From a virus, in the IMG/VR virus record IMGVR_UViG_3300031918_000005, positions 103,486-167,485 of that record: DNA of 64,000 bases. The stretch is one strand, 5' to 3'. Below are positions 58,480 through 64,000 of the stretch, in pieces (within the stretch, counting starts at the first letter, position 1; each line of letters opens with the position of its first letter). Position numbers and translations under genes: made by a program. The notes under the pieces are model-generated. The model did no database searches. It was not told where the DNA came from and saw only the letters and a list, made by a program, of their open reading frames with translations.

Positions 58480-61400
58480 ATGTTAGATAAAAAATCATCA
58501 CTGATTCTGTGTACAAATTCTCGTTTAACTGGTAACGTTAAGATTGTTGTTGACTCTTTGGATAAATTATATCTTGAGCTAATTCCAGCTAATTCAACAT
58601 TGAAATCAACAACTATAAGTAACCCAATCATAGATAAAAATGGTGAATTTGTAAATGATATATGTAACAAATATAAATCTATACCCGATAATTTGTTTTA
58701 TGATATCGAAAAAAATGATGTAACTACACAAAAAACAAGCATACTTGAGCAATTCAATACACTTTATTCATATGGACTTGATAATTGTATATCAAAATTG
58801 CACAATGAACAATTTAAGTTATTTGCTCCACTTCTTATAGGTGAAAAAGTGCCGAAATATTTTGTTATTTTTAAGGTTGATGAACTTGATGATGAAAAAA
58901 CTAATCAAACTGAACTTATTATAGGAAATCAGTATATAGTTCAAACTTTAACAAGTGATGACTATATAACTCATAACAATAAAAAATATACGCATTCCAA
59001 TATTTTCATTGCCGAAACAACAACTTATACATCGAATAAAAATATCAATGTAAAGGTTGTTAATTATTCTGATTCTCCAAATGATATAAATCAGGACTTA
59101 TTCAATTCTTATATTAAGAAATCAAATATTGTTAAGATATTTGATTTACAAAATTCATCAATAGGAACATATCTATCAAAATTAACTTCAAACAAAAAAT
59201 TTACTGATGCACCTATAAAAGTTGATTTCAATGCTAAAGTTATATATTATACTGGTATCTCAAAAAACAAAGGTGAAATAATAACTGTCGAAGAGAATAT
59301 AGAGAGTATTTTCAAAAAAGAAATGGAAATATCAAAATTTGACAGATATGTTACCGATGGATTTATGCGGAACGGAATATGTATGTCGAATCTCATAAAT
59401 TTTGAATTTTTATTCGATGATGATACTTCTGAAGATTTCCAATTTAACCGTTATTTTGGATTGTATCTTGATGAATTTTCTGAAGATGATGTTGATCTTT
59501 CCATTTTAAGTGATGTTGAAGGATTATTTTATACAAAAGATGTTTATGCTGATATATTCCATTTGGTTGATTTTGACACAAAACAACCAAAAACAGAACT
59601 TGATACTTCCAAAGCATTAATAGAGAAATTACAAACCAAAAGAACTAAAACCAATGGTATTTCATCAATAAACCTAGAAATAACTGATAAGGTGTATATT
59701 GGGCATGAAATACAGATTTTTAAAAATGGTAACATATTAGGTTCTATAGTTTCTGATGAATTACCTCAATTAACCTCAACAGATTTTGTATATGATAAAT
59801 GGAAAAATGAAGGTACTGTGTTTAATATGTATAATCCAATCGGTTCTATTGCTGAAATAGCAAAAAGAATGTGTACAGCAATAAATTATGAAATAGGAAA
59901 TTATGGATTTGGTGATATGAAATATATGTGGAGTGGAAGCAACATTATGTTTTATATGACATATATGCCTGATATAACATTGGAATTTAAAGTTTCGGAA
60001 TGTTTTAAATCAGAATCCATTTCAATACCAATTTCCAGCTTTACTGGAAATGCGAAAACCAAAAACCATAGATTTATTATTGATAAGGCTAATAGAAAAT
60101 TGTTTGATAGTTCAGCATATGTTCAGACAATGTCAGGTAATTTAGCTGGAATTAAAAATTTTTCAAGTTATTTTGATGTTGATGTTATTGAACTTTCGGA
60201 ATCAAACGAACTGATAAATTATAATGAACTCAACAAATATTTATCAGTGACTATTGATGATAAATCTGATGAAGTGTTATTTACACAAAAGAATAAAGTT
60301 TTAATTTATAAAGATAGAATATTCAAAGATGGTGTATTTGATATAACACCTATAAAATCTTTCTTCATAGATTTCGAGCAAGCATATGTTAACCCACATT
60401 TGCATGAATATAATAAGTACTATAATTTGATAGATAATCAACTTATTGTAGGTGAAGCATATTTGCTTTTCTCTTCCAATAAGTTGATAACAACAATACA
60501 CCACAATGGTGTTCAGTATTCAACATCGGTTATTACTCCTGAAACTCCAACCGAATTCATAGCAACAGCAACATCTTTTAATATATTAAAAGGTATTCCA
60601 GTTATTATTAATAAAAAATATTATAACGACCAAGAAATCAGCAATTTTTCGGGATTCTATGGATTAAACGAAGATTCTTCTAGTTTTTCATATCAATTGA
60701 ATATATATCAAAATCTTACACATCAACCATATCTTGTGAGAACATTAACGCTTACTGAAGATAATACTGAAGAGCCATTAAATCAATATGTATCTTATAA
60801 TGTTGTTGTTAATAAAGAAGATGAGCCTCTATCATATGATAATTATTATGTCAAATTTGCTCAAAACTTTGTCCAAACGATAATTGTTCAACAAGACAAA
60901 ATCAAATATCTTCTTTCATATGATTTCATTAATGAGTATAAACGTATGAAAGAAGATATCAATGGTGTCTATGAAGATAGTAAACTTTTACCGTTTATTA
61001 TTAATAAGTGGTCTATGAAGGACAAAGATGCGAGATGCGATAATTACAGACTTAACATATCACCATCATTTGGAGAAACCAATCAATGCTCATCAATTGA
61101 TAGATTTGCTGTTAATCAGCAATATTACACAAATGAGTGGTTTTATATATCATCTTATCCTGATTTGATTTTATCTGAAAACATAAAATCAAACAAATTT
61201 TATTTTGATAAGTTGTTTGATTCCAATTCTCATAAATCCGATGGAGTTGATTATTTCACAAGATATTTCACAGTTTATTCTGCAAACATAGATAATGCAA
61301 AATATAGTGTTAATTACCAAAAAAGATGGGCTACATTCGAGAAAACATTTGATAATCAGTATGATATATTTTTTAATGGTATAAAATACAGAATCATATC

Positions 61401-63189
61401 AAACAATATAGATTACACAGATTATAAATTTGCTGTTATTCTCAATGTCAAAAAAGAAGTAAGTAATGGAATAATGGAAGTTGATATTTCAACAAATCAT
61501 AAATATAAGTCTATTTGCTTGTGTATTAATGTCGAAATCAATGATTACAAGATAATCGATAAAGATGGTAATCTTAGACCTGATTATGTTTATATGTATG
61601 CTATGAGGTCTTTAGTATCTGTTGTTGGTGACAACGTTCTTGATGTTTCAACAACAAAGGTGTATGGTCAACAGACCAATTTATCAAATCTTCCATATGA
61701 CTTATTCTCTAGAACAACTGCTATAGATTCTGAAACACAGTTACCGATAGATGTTCAAATCAACAACACATATGGTTATAAAATGAAGTCAATATTTGAT
61801 TTTGATTTGGAATCATTGAGTTTGAGATTAAAAGCGGATCCATTATATCTTAGAAATATTTTACAATCAATACAAGATCTGTCAATATTAATTGATGAAA
61901 ACCAAGAATATATAGCACCACTTGCAAAATCAATTCTTGATAACTCTACTGAAATACACATTAATAACTTAGAATCTGTTGTAACAAAAATATCTGATTA
62001 TAAATATGTTTTGTCACAACATATAGAATCGTACAAAAGTGGTGTTACAACTCCAATATCTGATATTGATAACAATTTATTATCTGAACTTGCATATATT
62101 TTTATAGTTGGTGGTGGTCAAAATATATATTTGAAATTACAGCAACTTCTTACAGCATCATCATTTTTTAGACTTATACAAGAAAATAAAAGTTATATCA
62201 ATAACTCAATTATTGATGATGGTAATAAATTTTTGATGATACAACACACTAAATTGCATCTTGATAAAACATATAATACTAAAACAGAAAATTTTGATGA
62301 CACTAGATTTGATTTTGTTAGAATGTCTGGAAGATATTATCCTGAAACTTTTGATGTAATCAATTTCAAATCAATAATTAAAAGTGAAATGATAAAGGAA
62401 TCTGAATTATTTCTTGATTCACAAATCACTTTTATTCCTACAGATTATTCCAATGAGGTTGATAAACTTAGAAATTCGGAACTTGTTTTAGAAACAAATT
62501 TAGAAATCGAGAAATATAATCCTTTCATATTTTATGGCTATAATGTTAAACTCAATCAAAAATATGAGCTTGATGAATCTATTGGTAGATATAAGCTTGA
62601 TGTATTCAAAAATATGTTTGAAAAATATTATACAGTTTTTGAAAATGTTGGTGCATCTAAATTAGTTAATATTTCACAAAGCAAGGAATTTGAATTTTTA
62701 AAGACATTTTTTAACTCCACGAATTTGAAGTTACCTTTTCAGATTTCATCATCACAATTTCAGTCAGTAACAACTCAAGAAAGCCTAATTGTGAATTCAT
62801 CACTTTATTATTTGAAAACTCAAGATAATAAACTCAATATAAGAATTGATTATATCAACTTACTTAAAGATATTGTATATTATAAAATTAAAGACCAAAT
62901 ATTCAAATATTCAATAATAAATGTTGATATTGATGTGTTTATAAAGCTTATAGTAGAAAGAATTTACAAATTTTATGTAATCAATCTTGTAAAAATTTAT
63001 GAAAGAGAAGATGGACTTGGTAAATTTGAATTTGAAGATATATCTGAATCATATTTAACAAGGATAAATTATAAACAGATTAAAAACTATATTCTGAATA
63101 CTTATATTGAAAATGGGTATTCCGAAATAGAAGTAAATAACTACACAGATCAATCAATATGTGTAAGATATGATTTGACTTTATTATAA
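58480..63189 (+). CDS. very large putative virion (baseplate/tail) protein
   Basis: 1569 aa, TAAATA leader, upstream of the tail-fibre gene. Confidence 0.5.
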   Translation: MLDKKSSLILCTNSRLTGNVKIVVDSLDKLYLELIPANSTLKSTTISNPIIDKNGEFVNDICNKYKSIPDNLFYDIEKNDVTTQKTSILEQFNTLYSYGLDNCISKLHNEQFKLFAPLLIGEKVPKYFVIFKVDELDDEKTNQTELIIGNQYIVQTLTSDDYITHNNKKYTHSNIFIAETTTYTSNKNINVKVVNYSDSPNDINQDLFNSYIKKSNIVKIFDLQNSSIGTYLSKLTSNKKFTDAPIKVDFNAKVIYYTGISKNKGEIITVEENIESIFKKEMEISKFDRYVTDGFMRNGICMSNLINFEFLFDDDTSEDFQFNRYFGLYLDEFSEDDVDLSILSDVEGLFYTKDVYADIFHLVDFDTKQPKTELDTSKALIEKLQTKRTKTNGISSINLEITDKVYIGHEIQIFKNGNILGSIVSDELPQLTSTDFVYDKWKNEGTVFNMYNPIGSIAEIAKRMCTAINYEIGNYGFGDMKYMWSGSNIMFYMTYMPDITLEFKVSECFKSESISIPISSFTGNAKTKNHRFIIDKANRKLFDSSAYVQTMSGNLAGIKNFSSYFDVDVIELSESNELINYNELNKYLSVTIDDKSDEVLFTQKNKVLIYKDRIFKDGVFDITPIKSFFIDFEQAYVNPHLHEYNKYYNLIDNQLIVGEAYLLFSSNKLITTIHHNGVQYSTSVITPETPTEFIATATSFNILKGIPVIINKKYYNDQEISNFSGFYGLNEDSSSFSYQLNIYQNLTHQPYLVRTLTLTEDNTEEPLNQYVSYNVVVNKEDEPLSYDNYYVKFAQNFVQTIIVQQDKIKYLLSYDFINEYKRMKEDINGVYEDSKLLPFIINKWSMKDKDARCDNYRLNISPSFGETNQCSSIDRFAVNQQYYTNEWFYISSYPDLILSENIKSNKFYFDKLFDSNSHKSDGVDYFTRYFTVYSANIDNAKYSVNYQKRWATFEKTFDNQYDIFFNGIKYRIISNNIDYTDYKFAVILNVKKEVSNGIMEVDISTNHKYKSICLCINVEINDYKIIDKDGNLRPDYVYMYAMRSLVSVVGDNVLDVSTTKVYGQQTNLSNLPYDLFSRTTAIDSETQLPIDVQINNTYGYKMKSIFDFDLESLSLRLKADPLYLRNILQSIQDLSILIDENQEYIAPLAKSILDNSTEIHINNLESVVTKISDYKYVLSQHIESYKSGVTTPISDIDNNLLSELAYIFIVGGGQNIYLKLQQLLTASSFFRLIQENKSYINNSIIDDGNKFLMIQHTKLHLDKTYNTKTENFDDTRFDFVRMSGRYYPETFDVINFKSIIKSEMIKESELFLDSQITFIPTDYSNEVDKLRNSELVLETNLEIEKYNPFIFYGYNVKLNQKYELDESIGRYKLDVFKNMFEKYYTVFENVGASKLVNISQSKEFEFLKTFFNSTNLKLPFQISSSQFQSVTTQESLIVNSSLYYLKTQDNKLNIRIDYINLLKDIVYYKIKDQIFKYSIINVDIDVFIKLIVERIYKFYVINLVKIYEREDGLGKFEFEDISESYLTRINYKQIKNYILNTYIENGYSEIEVNNYTDQSICVRYDLTLL

Positions 63190-63201
63190 AAATTTTCAGC
63201 T

Positions 63202-64000
63202 ATGGCAAAATATGATTTAAACGGAACAGAATATATTAATATAACCGAAATATCGGAAAGTGATTCATCTGAACAAATGTTGGAGATTATAAATGAAAAT
63301 TTTAAGTCTTTAGCACAAATTGCTGATGTTTCTTTCTCCGATTTCTTGACACGAAAGATATCTGACCATATTAATGCTGGAAATATATCAGTAAATAGCA
63401 TCGGAAAACCTGGAAAATCAGGTATTAGTATTCTTGATGATACAGTAAAAAAACAAGTAGTTTCACAAGGTTCGGAATTTATAAGTTTTAACAAATTTGG
63501 CAGAACTGTTTATTTATCGATACATCTGATAAGTACAAATTCAGGAACCCAATTTTTAGTTCCCGAAAAATATGTTCCAATTATTAGTGCCAATATTGTT
63601 GAAACAAAAATTTTGGTAACAGAAATTGGAACATTAATTTATAACAGTGAAACTAACACAATAACAAAAAGTGGAAATTTTTCAGGTGATTATATTGTCA
63701 CATATATTTCACAAATTTCATCAGTTGAAAGTGGTGGTTATCAAGAACTGCTTGATAACAAGGAAGATATATCAAATAAAGTCACAACTATAACAGAAGA
63801 TAATAAAGATTCAGAAGTACTATACACATCAGTTAAATCTGTTGATGAAAGAATAACTGAAAGAATAACAACACTTGATAACAAGGAAGATATATCAAAT
63901 AAAGTCACAACTATAACAGAAGATAATAAAGATTCAGAAGTACTATACACATCAGTTAAATCTGTTGATGAAAGAATAACTGAAAGAATAACAACACTTG
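63202..64000 (+). CDS. tail fibre-like protein, runs off the right edge (missing from the ORF track)
   Basis: ATG 63202 (MAKYDLNGTEYINITEISESDS...INENFKSL), open to the end; KEDISNK...YTSVKSV repeats. Confidence 0.7.
   Translation, partial: MAKYDLNGTEYINITEISESDSSEQMLEIINENFKSLAQIADVSFSDFLTRKISDHINAGNISVNSIGKPGKSGISILDDTVKKQVVSQGSEFISFNKFGRTVYLSIHLISTNSGTQFLVPEKYVPIISANIVETKILVTEIGTLIYNSETNTITKSGNFSGDYIVTYISQISSVESGGYQELLDNKEDISNKVTTITEDNKDSEVLYTSVKSVDERITERITTLDNKEDISNKVTTITEDNKDSEVLYTSVKSVDERITERITTL
63751..64000 (+). repeat. exact 123-bp (41-aa) tandem repeat
   Basis: units start at 63751, 63874 and 63997. Confidence 0.9.

Noticed and set aside
1-64000. Stop-codon reassignment, as seen in some Bacteroidota jumbo phages
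   Set aside because: Conserved genes are full-length in code 11. TAG and TGA end genes at expected positions. The polymerase and terminase splits are followed by unrelated genes, not in-frame continuations.

Overview
This very AT-rich, gene-dense window comes from a large T4-like (jumbo) myophage genome, probably infecting Bacteroidota. Evidence for the host is a Bacteroidales-like dUTPase, a Gln-at-+1 signal peptide and A-rich leaders without Shine-Dalgarno sequences. Standard code 11 gives full-length genes. Structural genes (tail tube, gp13/14/15-like neck and tail completion, gp6/gp27/gp53-like baseplate, tail fibres) are interleaved with replication/recombination genes (UvsW, UvsY-like, gp46/gp47, gp32, N-terminal half of a split family-B polymerase, NAD ligase), GroES/GroEL and nucleotide-metabolism genes. 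Three observations stand out. (1) The large terminase is broken into separate genes: an IntC-ATPase fragment at 25.7 kb, a stand-alone nuclease at 48.3 kb, and an N-terminal piece not in this window. An extein-less IntC-IntN gene at 3.4-4.1 kb suggests a two-step split-intein trans-splicing relay. (2) A PurZ with diagnostic residues occurs with the phage's own PurB, guanylate kinase, MazG-like pyrophosphatase and adenosine deaminase. This suggests a near self-contained 2-aminoadenine (Z-genome) pathway in a family-B-polymerase phage. (3) A 1118-aa acidic protein is punctuated by about 17 [IV]NE motifs and looks like a protease-processed polyprotein of head cargo. All family assignments come from recognising motifs by eye; no searches were run.
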